Assembly (NCBI GenBank): GCA_035543435.1
Contig: DATKKD010000047.1
Span: 1 to 56,003, forward strand
DNA: 56,003 nt
Reading direction: 5' to 3'
Source of the DNA: Thermoplasmatota archaeon
GTDB taxonomy: Archaea; Thermoplasmatota; E2; DHVEG-1
Part shown: piece by piece, positions 19,166 to 29,522 of the stretch
Layout: the number at the start of each line of letters is the position of its first letter
Numbering within the stretch: position 1 is the stretch's first letter
The notes under the pieces: generated by a model
The model's input: only the letters and a program-made list of their open reading frames with translations
Told to the model about the DNA's origin: nothing
Database searches by the model: none
Program-made: the position numbers and the translations under genes

Positions 19166-20215
19166 ATGGAGATCTCCGGTGAGCTGACCGACCATACGAT
19201 TCTCATAAAGAAAGCGACCGACGTCGGTCGCTTGTACAATAAAAGCCACCTGGGCACACCGCTCCGTGGAGATCAGCTTTCCCTGGACCTGCTAGAGGGC
19301 GTGCTGCTCCTCGATGAAAAGAAGATGCGGCTGTTTCATCGACGGCAAGAGGTGGAGTTCCCCGAGCTCGTCACCCGTGCTGCGGAGCAGATTCCTGGGT
19401 TTGAGACCAAGTACCTTGTCTTTAAGGACCTTCGCAGCCGGGGTCACCCGATGAGGTCATGCGACAAGGAGCCGCCAACGTTCTACCGGTATAGACAGAA
19501 ACATGATACGGTGCCTCCCTGTTACGTGTGCGCGTTTTCCGAACGTGATATCCTCGACATCGACACCACATCCTCCCTTATCCAACGCCTGATAACCAAC
19601 GAGGGGATGCTGTGGTTCGGCTTGGTCGATGAGGAGGGCGATATCACGTACTACGATGTCGCCGCGATCACGCTGAAGGGCGGCATCAAGGAGCAGCGGT
19701 ACAAGAAAGGCGCTGGCCTTCTGTTGAAAAACCGGGTTATCATCTTCGACCCTTGCCTTGCGAAGCAGTTGCTTGAGAACGAGTTTATCGGGAAGCCCTT
19801 CGGTGACGGCCTGCAGCTCTCCTTCGTTGAGGCATTGTATCTGGCACACCGGGATGCGCTGGAGTTGTACGCACCATCTGGGGCTGTTCTCTCACTCCAC
19901 AAGGTTTTGTTGTTCATGAAAAAACTTCAGCCTGACATCGACCGACGCCTGTCTGTCTTTACGGACCTCAAGCAGCGCGGCATGCTTGTAAAAACCGGGT
20001 TCAAGTTCGGCGCACATTTCCGCGCATACACACAACAGCCGGACCGGACCCATGCTGAGTACCTGATCCATGTCGTGGAGCACGGTTTCACGAGCATCTG
20101 GGCGGAGATCAGTCGTGCGGTGCGCCTCGCGCACTCCGTGAACAAGGAGTTCGTCTTCGCCCGTGTGAGCGGCTCCTCCATTGACTATGTCAAGCTTGGG
20201 CGTCTTCGCCCATAA
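19166..20215 (+). CDS. endA: tRNA-splicing endonuclease, two-repeat (homodimer-type)
   Basis: About 350 aa with duplicated architecture. The C-terminal catalytic repeat has GFKFGAHFRAY, HAEYLIHV and a conserved Lys region. Confidence 0.75.
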   Translation: MEISGELTDHTILIKKATDVGRLYNKSHLGTPLRGDQLSLDLLEGVLLLDEKKMRLFHRRQEVEFPELVTRAAEQIPGFETKYLVFKDLRSRGHPMRSCDKEPPTFYRYRQKHDTVPPCYVCAFSERDILDIDTTSSLIQRLITNEGMLWFGLVDEEGDITYYDVAAITLKGGIKEQRYKKGAGLLLKNRVIIFDPCLAKQLLENEFIGKPFGDGLQLSFVEALYLAHRDALELYAPSGAVLSLHKVLLFMKKLQPDIDRRLSVFTDLKQRGMLVKTGFKFGAHFRAYTQQPDRTHAEYLIHVVEHGFTSIWAEISRAVRLAHSVNKEFVFARVSGSSIDYVKLGRLRP

Positions 20216-20283
20216 ATTTTTCATAACGTATAAATAGTGCGATTTCCATCAGACATTTCCAATTCCGTGAGGGGGAATTCTAT

Positions 20284-20922
20284 ATGCTTCAGATCCGATG
20301 GCATGGGCATTCATGTTTTGAGATTACCAACGATGTCACAATCGTCACCGACCCGCATGACGGGCGATCGATCGGGATTCCAGCACCAACCGTTGTCGGC
20401 GACATCATCCTTGTGTCGCACAACCATTACGATCACAACAGCGTGAAATCCGTGGATAAAGGGGACTCCAAGATCATCACCGACGAGCGGAAGCGGACCA
20501 TAGGGAACGTCCAGATCTCGGGGATCGTCGCGTACCACGATGCAGTGCACGGTGAAAAACGAGGGAAGGTGATCATGTACCGGTTTGTCTGCGACGATAT
20601 CGTGTTCTGTCACCTTGGCGACCTTGGCCATGAACTGGACGATAAAACCCTGCAGCAGATCGGCAAGGTCGACATCTTGTTCGTCCCAGTGGGTGGGAAC
20701 TATACCATCGATGCCGAGCAAGCATGGAACGTGATCCATGCGGTCAAACCAAGGATTGCTATCCCGATGCATTACCGGATCGAGGGCTTGTCAATCCCCA
20801 TCGCTGGTATCGACGCTTTCTTGGAGAAGAATAACTACAAGACCCTCAAGGTCGGTAGCGAAATCGACATCGAGAAAAGCGAGCTTCCCAAGGACCCTGA
20901 GGTGTGGGTGTTCACCCTCTAG
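20284..20922 (+). CDS. metallo-beta-lactamase-fold hydrolase (UPF0173-like)
   Basis: MLQIRWHGHSCFEI start and the HNHYDHN metal-binding motif (HxHxDH). Confidence 0.75.
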   Translation: MLQIRWHGHSCFEITNDVTIVTDPHDGRSIGIPAPTVVGDIILVSHNHYDHNSVKSVDKGDSKIITDERKRTIGNVQISGIVAYHDAVHGEKRGKVIMYRFVCDDIVFCHLGDLGHELDDKTLQQIGKVDILFVPVGGNYTIDAEQAWNVIHAVKPRIAIPMHYRIEGLSIPIAGIDAFLEKNNYKTLKVGSEIDIEKSELPKDPEVWVFTL

Positions 20923-21896
20923 ACTCTTTTTTTCGTGAACACTTCCCGGTTGATGCAGTTAGTGGGAATCCCGCCGTGTAATCCTGTGATGAGGTTCTCG
21001 GCGGCCATGAGCGCCATCTTCGTCCGAGTCTCGATTGTCCCTGACCCGGTGTGCGGTTGTAGGACGACGTTGTCCAGTGCGAGGAGGTCTTTTCCGATGG
21101 TCGGTTCCTGCTCGTACACGTCAAGGCCTGCGCCGAAGATCCAGTGCTCCTTCAATGCTTTTACGAGGGCGCGTTCCTCCACGATCGGCCCGCGCGCGGT
21201 GTTGACGAGAATCGCTGTCGGTTTCATCATCCGTAGCTCTTTTTCTCCGATGAGATGGTGTGTCTGTGTCGTGAGCGGAACATGGATAGAGACGACATCC
21301 GCGTGGGCGAGGAGCTCCGACAAGGGGACCTTGGTTGCCTGTAGCTCGTGCTCCAGCAGCTGGTTACGCTGCTCATCAGTGTAGAGCACCTTCATGGCGA
21401 ACCCCCTGCTCTGAAGGGCGACCGCAGTGCCGATACGTCCAGTCCCTACAATCCCTAAAATCTTATTCGAGAGATCTTGCCCGAGCATCAGTAACGGAGC
21501 CCAACCCTTGAAGCGCCCTGCTCGTGTGAATCGATCTCCTTCGACGATGCGTCGGGCGACCGCAAATATTAGTGCCCAGGTGAGTTCCGCGGTCGTGTCG
21601 GTCAACACCCCTGGGGTGTTGCTGACCGGGATGCCGTGCTCGGTGGCAGCCTTGACGTCGATGTTGTCGTACCCGACCGCGTACGAGGCGATCGCCTTTA
21701 ACCCTGGCTCAGCGAAAATCACCTCCCGGTCGATGGGGTCGGTGAGCAGGCACAGCAAGCCGTCCTTGCCCTTGATCGCGCGGATGAGTTCCTGTTTGGT
21801 CATCATACGATCATGAGGGTTGACTTCCACCTCGAACTCCTTACGGAGCAAGCCTAGACCAGGCTCTGGGATCTGCCTGGTCACCAGCACCTTCAT
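20919..21896 (-). CDS. D-2-hydroxyacid dehydrogenase / glyoxylate reductase
   Basis: MKVLVTRQIPE start (ATG 21896). NAD motif LGIVGTGRIGTAV. Catalytic R/E/H pattern ...NTARGPIVEE... QPHTGSGT. Confidence 0.8.
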   Translation of the reverse strand: MKVLVTRQIPEPGLGLLRKEFEVEVNPHDRMMTKQELIRAIKGKDGLLCLLTDPIDREVIFAEPGLKAIASYAVGYDNIDVKAATEHGIPVSNTPGVLTDTTAELTWALIFAVARRIVEGDRFTRAGRFKGWAPLLMLGQDLSNKILGIVGTGRIGTAVALQSRGFAMKVLYTDEQRNQLLEHELQATKVPLSELLAHADVVSIHVPLTTQTHHLIGEKELRMMKPTAILVNTARGPIVEERALVKALKEHWIFGAGLDVYEQEPTIGKDLLALDNVVLQPHTGSGTIETRTKMALMAAENLITGLHGGIPTNCINREVFTKKRV

Positions 21897-22006
21897 CATC
21901 GCTCCCACAATCCAGAGCTTGTTATATAGAGATTTCGAGAAATCCTCATCTGAGAAAATAACATTTTATAGAGAAACAATCCCGTAAAACACGCGCCGTT
22001 TTATCC

Positions 22007-23326
22007 TTACTCGTCCGCATGCCCATGGGGAAACAAATATTCGTATTTCTCGCTCCGTGAGAACATCCGAGAAATGATGTTGCCGGTGAATTTGCTGATG
22101 AAGCGATACGGGGTCGTCAGTTTTCCGTTGTGAAACAGGCTTCGCTTCAGGATCCTGCGGTAGGAAAAGTAGTCCTTCGCTATCTGCTGGATGCCTTCGA
22201 AGAGCTGCTCCTCGCTGAGCTTCTGGAGGTTGTAGTTCAGGTTCCCCTCGGTGTAGCGTGACCAATCCTTGCAGGTGATCCGTCCCTCCTGCTCCATACG
22301 TTGGTACAGGCGCGTGCCCGGGTACGGGGTCATGATGCTCAGGGAAATCCCGTCCAGGTCCCATTCGTTGATCGCCGAAAGCGTCCGTTGGAAGGTCTCA
22401 GGCGTGTCGTAGTCAAACCCGAACATCAGAAACCCGGTGACCAGCATCCCGTGCTCCTTGATTTTCCTGATGGCTTTCCCGTACTCCTCGACCTTGTTGG
22501 TGGACTTCCCAGCTGCGTTGATGTTCTCCTGGGAGATGGACTCGATACCGACGTACCACATCGAGAAACCAGCTTCTGCGGCATAGCGAAGGAGTTCATC
22601 GTCCCTGCTCAGCACGTTGATGTTGCCGAAGCAATCGAAGTGCTTGTTGAGTGGTGTGAGGGCCTTGAAGAGGGTTTTTGAAAAGGGAGGGCTGATCGTG
22701 AGAGAGGCGTCAGTGAAAAAGATCAAGCGTGATTTGATGGATTGCGCCTCGTCGACGAGATGGTCCACCGGGCGTGCACGGAACCGGTTCCCTTCGACGA
22801 TCTGCATCGCGCAGAACTCGCAGCCGGTCGGACATCCCCGTGAGGCCTGCATCGCCTCGGCGAACGGGTTGTAGGCGCCGATGTCATGCCTGGCCGCTGG
22901 GATCTCCTGCGGTTCCACGAGTCGTTCGGCCCTATAGAACGGTTTGAGGGTGTGGTTGGCAATATCGTTCAGCACCCTCGGCCACGTCAACTCTGCTTCC
23001 CCGATGACCACGGCATCGGCATGCTGCTTCGCCTCATCAGGCAAGAGGGACGCGTGGTACCCCCCAGCAACGACAGGGATTCCTTGGCTCCGGAACTGGT
23101 CCGCAAGCTCGTACCCCCGGATTGAATTGTAGGTAAGGCTGGTCATGGCGACGACATCGTAGTCGGCGCGAACAGGGACGTCCTCGAAGCGCTCATCGAC
23201 GATTTGCACCTCATGCTCCGGTGGGGTGATCGCCGCGAGCTGCTGCATGGTGAGCGACGGGTAGGTGAACCTGGCGAACATGCTGCGTCGTGTATGAGGA
23301 TGTGGCATGACAAGGAGAACCTTCAT
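22007..23326 (-). CDS. B12-binding-domain radical SAM protein
   Basis: N-terminal cobalamin-binding-like domain. Radical SAM cluster motif CPTGCEFCAM (CxxxCxxC). Confidence 0.8.
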   Translation of the reverse strand: MKVLLVMPHPHTRRSMFARFTYPSLTMQQLAAITPPEHEVQIVDERFEDVPVRADYDVVAMTSLTYNSIRGYELADQFRSQGIPVVAGGYHASLLPDEAKQHADAVVIGEAELTWPRVLNDIANHTLKPFYRAERLVEPQEIPAARHDIGAYNPFAEAMQASRGCPTGCEFCAMQIVEGNRFRARPVDHLVDEAQSIKSRLIFFTDASLTISPPFSKTLFKALTPLNKHFDCFGNINVLSRDDELLRYAAEAGFSMWYVGIESISQENINAAGKSTNKVEEYGKAIRKIKEHGMLVTGFLMFGFDYDTPETFQRTLSAINEWDLDGISLSIMTPYPGTRLYQRMEQEGRITCKDWSRYTEGNLNYNLQKLSEEQLFEGIQQIAKDYFSYRRILKRSLFHNGKLTTPYRFISKFTGNIISRMFSRSEKYEYLFPHGHADE

Positions 23327-23450
23327 GGTGCACCTTTCTGGTTGTGTTGCGAACGTGTACTCATGTCCCCCTTATTTATTTATCTCCCATGAGATGAAAA
23401 AGCAGTGGTGGTTCCAGAGGAAAACCATGGTCTTGCGCGTGTTTCTCAAT

Positions 23451-24368
23451 TTACTTAGATTGCTCCTCCGAAGTTATTGAGAGTATCAGCTCGAGGAGCA
23501 TCGAGTTCAATGGTGTCTGCACTCTGTGGTGCTTCCCGAACCTCACAAACGAGCCGTTGATTGTCTCGATCTCTGTTCGCTTCCCCTGCTGGATGCTCTG
23601 CGCCATGGAGGAGTAGTTCTCGGCCGTTTCCCGGATGACCTTCTTGGTCCGGCGAATCATGTCCTCGGGCGTAATTGTGATCCCGTTCTGTTGCGCGACT
23701 CGAGTTGATTCCTCGCAGACTTTTTCAACAAGGTGCTCCAGGATCGCGTTCTTAAGGAGGTACCCATTTTTGCATTGAAGGAACGCGGTGATCGGGTTGA
23801 TGCTGGAGTTGATGATGGCCTTTCTCCAGAGCTCTCGGAGGATATGCCGACTGGCATGGGTCTTAATCCCAGCGTCGTTGAACAAACGAACCATGCCGAC
23901 AACCCGCCGCGCAGCGTCCCTGGTTGGTGCTCCCAGCAGGGTGTTTCCCTTTCCCGTGTGGATGATCTCCCCGGGTTTCGAGAAGATCACTCCATGGGTG
24001 GTCACCCCCGCGAGAACCTGGCGTGTGCTGATGACCTGTGCGATTTTCTCGATGTTTTCCAGCCCGTTTTGGAGAGAGATGACCGTGGTCTTATTGTTTA
24101 TGAGTGGTTGTACCTCCTTTATCGCGATCTCGGTGTCGTAGGATTTCACGGTCAGAAGGATCACATCAGGAATCATGGAGATGCGGTCAGCCGAGTCGAC
24201 CGCGGCGATGCGGATACGCATCCTTGTTTTTCCGGTCACGCATAACCCGTTCCTGTTGATGGCGTCGACATGGCGGCTCCTCCCGAGAAGTATCACGTCG
24301 TTTTTTTTGGAAAGCATCGCGCCGAAGAGCGACCCGATAGCGCCGGCTCCGACGACCAAAATCTTCAT
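23451..24368 (-). CDS. 2-dehydropantoate 2-reductase-like (ApbA/PanE family) oxidoreductase
   Basis: MKILVVGAGAIGSLFG Rossmann start (ATG 24368). About 305 aa, typical for the family. Its start overlaps the upstream stop as ATGA. Confidence 0.7.
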   Translation of the reverse strand: MKILVVGAGAIGSLFGAMLSKKNDVILLGRSRHVDAINRNGLCVTGKTRMRIRIAAVDSADRISMIPDVILLTVKSYDTEIAIKEVQPLINNKTTVISLQNGLENIEKIAQVISTRQVLAGVTTHGVIFSKPGEIIHTGKGNTLLGAPTRDAARRVVGMVRLFNDAGIKTHASRHILRELWRKAIINSSINPITAFLQCKNGYLLKNAILEHLVEKVCEESTRVAQQNGITITPEDMIRRTKKVIRETAENYSSMAQSIQQGKRTEIETINGSFVRFGKHHRVQTPLNSMLLELILSITSEEQSK

Positions 24369-25273
24369 GGCGGCACCCCGAGCTTTCTGCATCGTGCCCT
24401 GATTTCTTGCTCGTCCATGGCAATCAATGGAGTGAGGAGCGGGACGGCGCTCACCTGCTTCCAGCGCGAGAGCAACGAAAAGGTCGCCTTCGGGCGAGCG
24501 AGGGTAAGTCCCATGACAACGGCGTCGCAGTGGTGGTCTGCCGCGATCGTGTTAAGGGTGGTATAGAACTCATGTGCGCGAGGGTTCACCACGATACTCC
24601 TTGATCCCACATACCATTTTTTTTGGAAGCTAGACAGTTTCTTCATGGATTTGTTGGTGCAGACGAACACGATGTCGCATCCACGGTGCATCAGGAACCA
24701 GGCGGCAAGCATCGAGGCAGGGGTGTCGATGAGCGCAAGCACCGTCCCTTGTGTTCCCATCGGGAGCCCGCCCACTCCTTTGATCTTCTCGGTAAAGAGA
24801 AACGCTTTTTTCTCCCGGACTTCAATGAAAAGTTCGACGTCAGGATTTGTCAAATCAACCGGGGCGTGGAGCTCGTGGACGATGTCGGTACCAACCCGTA
24901 TGGCGATATCCTGGCTCGTGAACGGATGTGTGCCGGTTCGCGTCGCCCGGATCGCGAAACTCTGATGCTTTGTCAGTGACTCACGCATGAGCTCGAGTGC
25001 GACCGCTGAGATATCATCAGGGTGCGCAGGCGTTTCAACAGAGGGACTCAAAGAGGTGATACCAACCACGTGTTGAAGGACGCGGCAGCATCTCTTGATG
25101 TCGTGTGTCTGAACATAGATCCTCCCTCGAGCTCTTGTGATTGAGCCTTGGAGCTGTTCCTGGGTGAGGGCATGGTGGATGTTTCGGATAAGTATGGATT
25201 CGAAGTAGTTTCTGACGTACGCACTCTTGAGGGAAAGTTCCCCGTACCGAACAAGGATGATGGAATGCCGCAT
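24365..25273 (-). CDS. THUMP-domain, ThiI-like protein with degenerate PP-loop
   Basis: The ThiI-type N-terminus ILVRYGELSLKSAYVRNYFE is present. Where ThiI carries SGGxDS this protein has LALIDTPAS. At 302 aa it is shorter than canonical ThiI. Confidence 0.6.
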   Translation of the reverse strand: MRHSIILVRYGELSLKSAYVRNYFESILIRNIHHALTQEQLQGSITRARGRIYVQTHDIKRCCRVLQHVVGITSLSPSVETPAHPDDISAVALELMRESLTKHQSFAIRATRTGTHPFTSQDIAIRVGTDIVHELHAPVDLTNPDVELFIEVREKKAFLFTEKIKGVGGLPMGTQGTVLALIDTPASMLAAWFLMHRGCDIVFVCTNKSMKKLSSFQKKWYVGSRSIVVNPRAHEFYTTLNTIAADHHCDAVVMGLTLARPKATFSLLSRWKQVSAVPLLTPLIAMDEQEIRARCRKLGVPP

Positions 25274-25361
25274 TTCAAAGCTCTATACGTAAGCGATACA
25301 TTAACATTTTCAAACGCACTTTCGAAACATTTATGGAACTTATCAGTGATGTAGGTGCCCG

Positions 25362-26504
25362 ATGGTCCTTTTTGTCGTGCGGCGTGGAAAACTCATCAAA
25401 AACACCTATTCACCTCCCCTGATAAGGACCATTACACAAAAACTACGAATCGGTAGAGCCTTCTACGTCCTACTGCTGTTCGTCCCCATTAGCATCCTCC
25501 TTTTTCTCTTCTCTAAGGAAGACACACTCATTTTCCTCACCTCGATCCTCGCGATCATTCCCCTCGCACGAATAATGGGATACTCCACCAAGGAAATTTC
25601 TTTACAGACAAATCCGACGATCAGCGGGCTGCTCTCTGCTACCTTCGGAAACGCCATCGAGTTGATCATCGCCATCTTCGCCCTTCGAGCGGGCCTCATC
25701 GAGGTTGTCCAGGCCTCCATTATCGGCAGCATCATCGGGAACATCCTGTTCCTCGTCGGTATCAGCATCTTTGCGGGCGGCCTACGGCATAAGACACAGC
25801 GGTTCAACAATGAGACGATCGGGGTCTCATCGACGATGTTGATTATTGTCGTCGCAGGCCTTGCTATCCCGAGTGTCTACTACGTGTTGACCCCCCAAAG
25901 TTCTGTCCATATCCAGCTGCTGAGCGCCGCGGTCGCCATCGTCATGACGCTCATCTACATCGCAGGCTTGGTGTTCTCCTTACGGACCCATCGGGACTTG
26001 TTCGATGCGAGCGACGAGATGAAGGCGACCCATGAAAAACCGATGATGAGCAAGCGGTTTGCGGCCTTGACGCTTCTGGTCACCTTCTTGGTCGTCTCTA
26101 TTGAATCGGAATTGCTCGTCGGTGCGATTGAGCACGCCGCAGCTGCGATTGGGATCACCCAAATGTTCATCGGTCTGGTCGTCATAGCGTTGATTACGAA
26201 CATCGCCGAGATATCGACCGCGATTCATTTTGCGAGGGAAGATAAACTGGATGTGTCCATCGAAATTGGTTTGAGTAGCGCGATCCAGATCTCGCTTTTC
26301 GTCGTCCCAATCCTGATGTTGGTGAGCTCGGTGTTTGTGCTCAATTTCTCGCTGGTGTTTCCGCCGTTCGCGATCCTAGCGGTGATGCTTGCAGTCCTGA
26401 TCGTCAATTACCTTTCTGCGGATGGCCGCTGTAACTGGCTTGAGGGTGCGCAACTCATCAGCGTCTATTGTATCATCGCCATCGCGTTCTTCTTCATCGC
26501 CTAG
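25362..26504 (+). CDS. Ca2+/H+ (cation) antiporter, CaCA family
   Basis: Two alpha-repeat motifs, GNAIELIIAI and TNIAEISTAI. About 11 TM helices. The start codon is uncertain. Confidence 0.8.
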   Translation: MVLFVVRRGKLIKNTYSPPLIRTITQKLRIGRAFYVLLLFVPISILLFLFSKEDTLIFLTSILAIIPLARIMGYSTKEISLQTNPTISGLLSATFGNAIELIIAIFALRAGLIEVVQASIIGSIIGNILFLVGISIFAGGLRHKTQRFNNETIGVSSTMLIIVVAGLAIPSVYYVLTPQSSVHIQLLSAAVAIVMTLIYIAGLVFSLRTHRDLFDASDEMKATHEKPMMSKRFAALTLLVTFLVVSIESELLVGAIEHAAAAIGITQMFIGLVVIALITNIAEISTAIHFAREDKLDVSIEIGLSSAIQISLFVVPILMLVSSVFVLNFSLVFPPFAILAVMLAVLIVNYLSADGRCNWLEGAQLISVYCIIAIAFFFIA

Positions 26505-26513
26505 AAAAAGAGT

Positions 26514-27314
26514 CTACCACCGCTGATCAAAGACGTGCTCTACTTTCTTGAGTGATCCTGTTTGAGCGACGAGTGAGAGGTTCATCGGAGTAAGGGAGAT
26601 TTTATTGTCGTAGAGCGCTTGTAGATCCGTGTGTTCCTCCATGTCCTTGAACTCGACCGGTGGTGTTTTTTGAAGATATTTGTTTCCTTTTTTATGGAAC
26701 AGCCGTCCGTACTTGGTCCGATACGGGGTCGTGATCTCCAATGTGGTCTGTAGTGTCGCCTCGAACGGGATGTTCATGGAGAAAAGATCGACGCCCTCGA
26801 AATGCTCCCGCATAATAATCTCACCGACCTTTTCTGTAATCTTTACAGGGTTCTCAAAGTATGGGTAACAAACGGGATGATAAAAATTCGGGTTGGTCTC
26901 CCGGATTTTCATCGGGATGGAGAGGGATGCGGCAAGAGCGTTCACCCCGTCGATTGATGCTTCCATCGCGGCTCCGATGGTCCCTGAGGAGAGCATCCGT
27001 GCGGTCCCGATGTTCAGGCCGATGTTGATCCCAGAGATCACGAGTTTCGGCCTTGTAGAGACGACATCATACAAGCCGATTTGCACACAGTCCGCGGGGG
27101 TACCGTTTAAAAGATGCATTTCCACCCCTTCGTACTTGATGGTTCGAAGCCTCAGTTCCTTCTTTGTGGTGATTGCCTTCCCGATCCAGCTTCTCCCGCG
27201 GTCTGGTACAACCGCGCAGACGTCGTACTTCTGTGACAAGTGTTTTATGAGGGGTACAAACCCGGCGGAGGTGTACCCGTCATCGTTGGTGACAAGGATG
27301 TCGGTCATTGGCAC
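26514..27314 (-). CDS. surE: 5'/3'-nucleotidase SurE
   Basis: ILVTNDDGYTSAG N-terminal metal-binding motif and GINIGLNIG. Confidence 0.85.
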   Translation of the reverse strand: MPMTDILVTNDDGYTSAGFVPLIKHLSQKYDVCAVVPDRGRSWIGKAITTKKELRLRTIKYEGVEMHLLNGTPADCVQIGLYDVVSTRPKLVISGINIGLNIGTARMLSSGTIGAAMEASIDGVNALAASLSIPMKIRETNPNFYHPVCYPYFENPVKITEKVGEIIMREHFEGVDLFSMNIPFEATLQTTLEITTPYRTKYGRLFHKKGNKYLQKTPPVEFKDMEEHTDLQALYDNKISLTPMNLSLVAQTGSLKKVEHVFDQRW

Positions 27315-27361
27315 CGGAAAACGGAGATGATTAATGAATGTTTCCCGAACCTTCTCTTAGA

Positions 27362-27369
27362 TTTATATA
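27362..27369 (+). promoter_or_regulatory. candidate TATA box for 27399..28994
   Basis: tttatata lies about 30-37 nt upstream of the ATG in a divergent intergenic region. Implies a very short leader. Confidence 0.35.
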
Positions 27370-27398
27370 GTATTACAATATAGAAGGCAGCAGTCACC

Positions 27399-28994
27399 AT
27401 GATAGCGAAGACCGGACGTGATTTCGACATCATCCTCATCACCGGGGAGTACTATGATGACCATCCGCTGTCACCGGTGGGTATCATCGCTAGGGTCCTG
27501 GATGCGAAAGGCTACCGGGTTGGTATCATCGAGAAACCACTCACGAAAGAACACTTCACAAGGCTTGGTTCGCCTCGACTTTGTTTTGGGGTAACCTCGG
27601 GGTCGATCGATAGCATGCTGCATAACTACACCCCGATGAAGCGGAAACGAATCGAGGACCGGCACAGCACGGTGCAGGTGATACCGGACCGCGCCGTGAT
27701 TGTGTACTGCAACAAAATCAAGGAGTACTTCAAACCGAGTACGATCGTCATCGGCGGCATCGAGGCGTCGCTGCGCAGGTTCGCGCACTATGACTATTGG
27801 GAGAACGCGGTGCGACGCAGCATCCTTCTCGATTCACGAGCGGATATCTTGGTCTATGGGAACGGCGAGAAACAGATCCTAGAGATTGGGCGCCGGCTCG
27901 ACAAAGGACATGAGCTTGATGGCATCGAAGGAACCTGCGTCCTTCGCAAGGACCTCGGCCCCTCCTTTGAGCCGCTGCCTTCTTACACCGAAGTGATGCA
28001 GGACAAGAAAAAATTCTGCGAGATGCAGATGATGTTCTCCAACGCAAAGGACCTCGCGCAGGAGTACACCAACAACTACGTCTTACAATACAGATACCCC
28101 CGGTACACCACCGCGGATCTCGACTGGGTTTACTCTTTGCCCTTTTCCCGAAAGCTGCACCCGAAGTCGCTGTTGAAGATGGGCAAATTCACGGTCGTGA
28201 CCCATCGAGGGTGCTTCGGCGCCTGCAACTTCTGCTCCCTCTCTCTGCATCAGGGGGACCGCATCATCGAACGGTCTGAGGAAAACATCCTTGCGGAGAT
28301 CAGACGTCTCACCACGCACCCTGAGTTCAAAGGCTACATCGATGACCTTATGGGGCCGTCCTCCAACATGTACGGCATGCAGTGTACGCAAACGACTAGA
28401 GGGAATCTTCAATGTCAGGCGAAATGCATCGGGTGCTCTAAACTCGACACCTCGCATCAGCACCTCATTGCACTTCTGCGCAAGGCAAGGCAGATCAAAG
28501 GGGTGAAGAAGATCTTCATCCGCAGCGGCATCAGATACGACCTCGCCTTGGAAAGCAAAGAGTACATCAAGGAGATCTCGGAGCATCACATCTCCGGATG
28601 CCTGAAGATAGCCCCGGAGCATTTCTCAAAGAACGTGGTCGCCCTCATGGGGAAGGACAACACCCGGTTCGACGAGTTCCTCTCGTACTTCACGGAGCTG
28701 AATGTGAAAAAACGGCAGGCGCTGCGTTACTACTTCATGATCGGGCATCCTGGCGATTCCATGGACGAGGTGTTGTTCCTCCGGGACGTCATCCGCAAGA
28801 AGCGTCTCACGAACCTAGAGCAGTTCCAGGTGTTCACCCCGACGCCGATGACAGTTTCGTCCTGCATGTACTGGACCGGGCTTAACCCGTTCACCGGCAA
28901 GAAAATCGACGTCATCTACGATTATAACACGAAAAAAAAATTAAAAAGGATCCTGCTCGACCTCGAGGAGCTGCATTCGGAGAAACGACGGTAG
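27399..28994 (+). CDS. YgiQ-family (UPF0313) radical SAM protein
   Basis: Characteristic N-terminal domain FDIILITGEYYDDHPLSPVGII. Cluster motif HRGCFGACNFCS. Confidence 0.8.
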   Translation: MIAKTGRDFDIILITGEYYDDHPLSPVGIIARVLDAKGYRVGIIEKPLTKEHFTRLGSPRLCFGVTSGSIDSMLHNYTPMKRKRIEDRHSTVQVIPDRAVIVYCNKIKEYFKPSTIVIGGIEASLRRFAHYDYWENAVRRSILLDSRADILVYGNGEKQILEIGRRLDKGHELDGIEGTCVLRKDLGPSFEPLPSYTEVMQDKKKFCEMQMMFSNAKDLAQEYTNNYVLQYRYPRYTTADLDWVYSLPFSRKLHPKSLLKMGKFTVVTHRGCFGACNFCSLSLHQGDRIIERSEENILAEIRRLTTHPEFKGYIDDLMGPSSNMYGMQCTQTTRGNLQCQAKCIGCSKLDTSHQHLIALLRKARQIKGVKKIFIRSGIRYDLALESKEYIKEISEHHISGCLKIAPEHFSKNVVALMGKDNTRFDEFLSYFTELNVKKRQALRYYFMIGHPGDSMDEVLFLRDVIRKKRLTNLEQFQVFTPTPMTVSSCMYWTGLNPFTGKKIDVIYDYNTKKKLKRILLDLEELHSEKRR

Positions 28995-29012
28995 GAGCAG
29001 GCAGTTTGTTGG

Positions 29013-29204
29013 TTATGCGTTCACTTTCATCTTCCTGGCGAAGTCCTTCTCCCGGCATTCCCTGCATGGGTCCATACCAGTGGGCCGCTGCTCGCTGGTT
29101 TCCCAGTCAGGGTTTGACCGGACATGGATAGGCACTGCTGAGCATTCTAAGTGCGAATGGTAAATCGTACCATTTTTCTTCCAAAAGTATGTCATGTCCA
29201 TCAC
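29013..29204 (-). CDS. hypothetical small Cys/His-containing protein
   Basis: 63-aa ORF only. HLECS...CRECREK could bind metal. No other support. Confidence 0.3.
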   Translation of the reverse strand: MMDMTYFWKKNGTIYHSHLECSAVPIHVRSNPDWETSEQRPTGMDPCRECREKDFARKMKVNA

Positions 29205-29320
29205 ACCTCTGATACAGGTATGGCGTCTCTGTATTTAACTTTTTTTTTCCCTTGAGCCTGTTTTGTTCTGTAATTTAATATACATGTCCTGTGATATAGA
29301 TATCGTGAAGGTGTGAGGGT

Positions 29321-29488
29321 ATGGACCAGAAGCAAATCCTGGAGCGGTGGCTCAAGCAGCTGAAGAACGACGAGATATCCCCTGATGCGATCGGGCTTGG
29401 TCCTGACAAGGAGCAGGCGATCCATCACATACAAAAGGAACTTACGAAGATCGATCAGCTGCAGAAACCACAGCCGCCGTCTTCGTAA
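29321..29488 (+). CDS. hypothetical 55-aa protein
   Basis: Not in the track. My translation is MDQKQILERWLKQLKNDEISPDAIGLGPDKEQAIHHIQKELTKIDQLQKPQPPSS. A purine-rich stretch GGTGTGAGGG sits just upstream. Confidence 0.25.
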   Translation: MDQKQILERWLKQLKNDEISPDAIGLGPDKEQAIHHIQKELTKIDQLQKPQPPSS

Positions 29489-29522
29489 GGTGTAGTATAT
29501 ACTATTATTGAGTGCATGGGTT

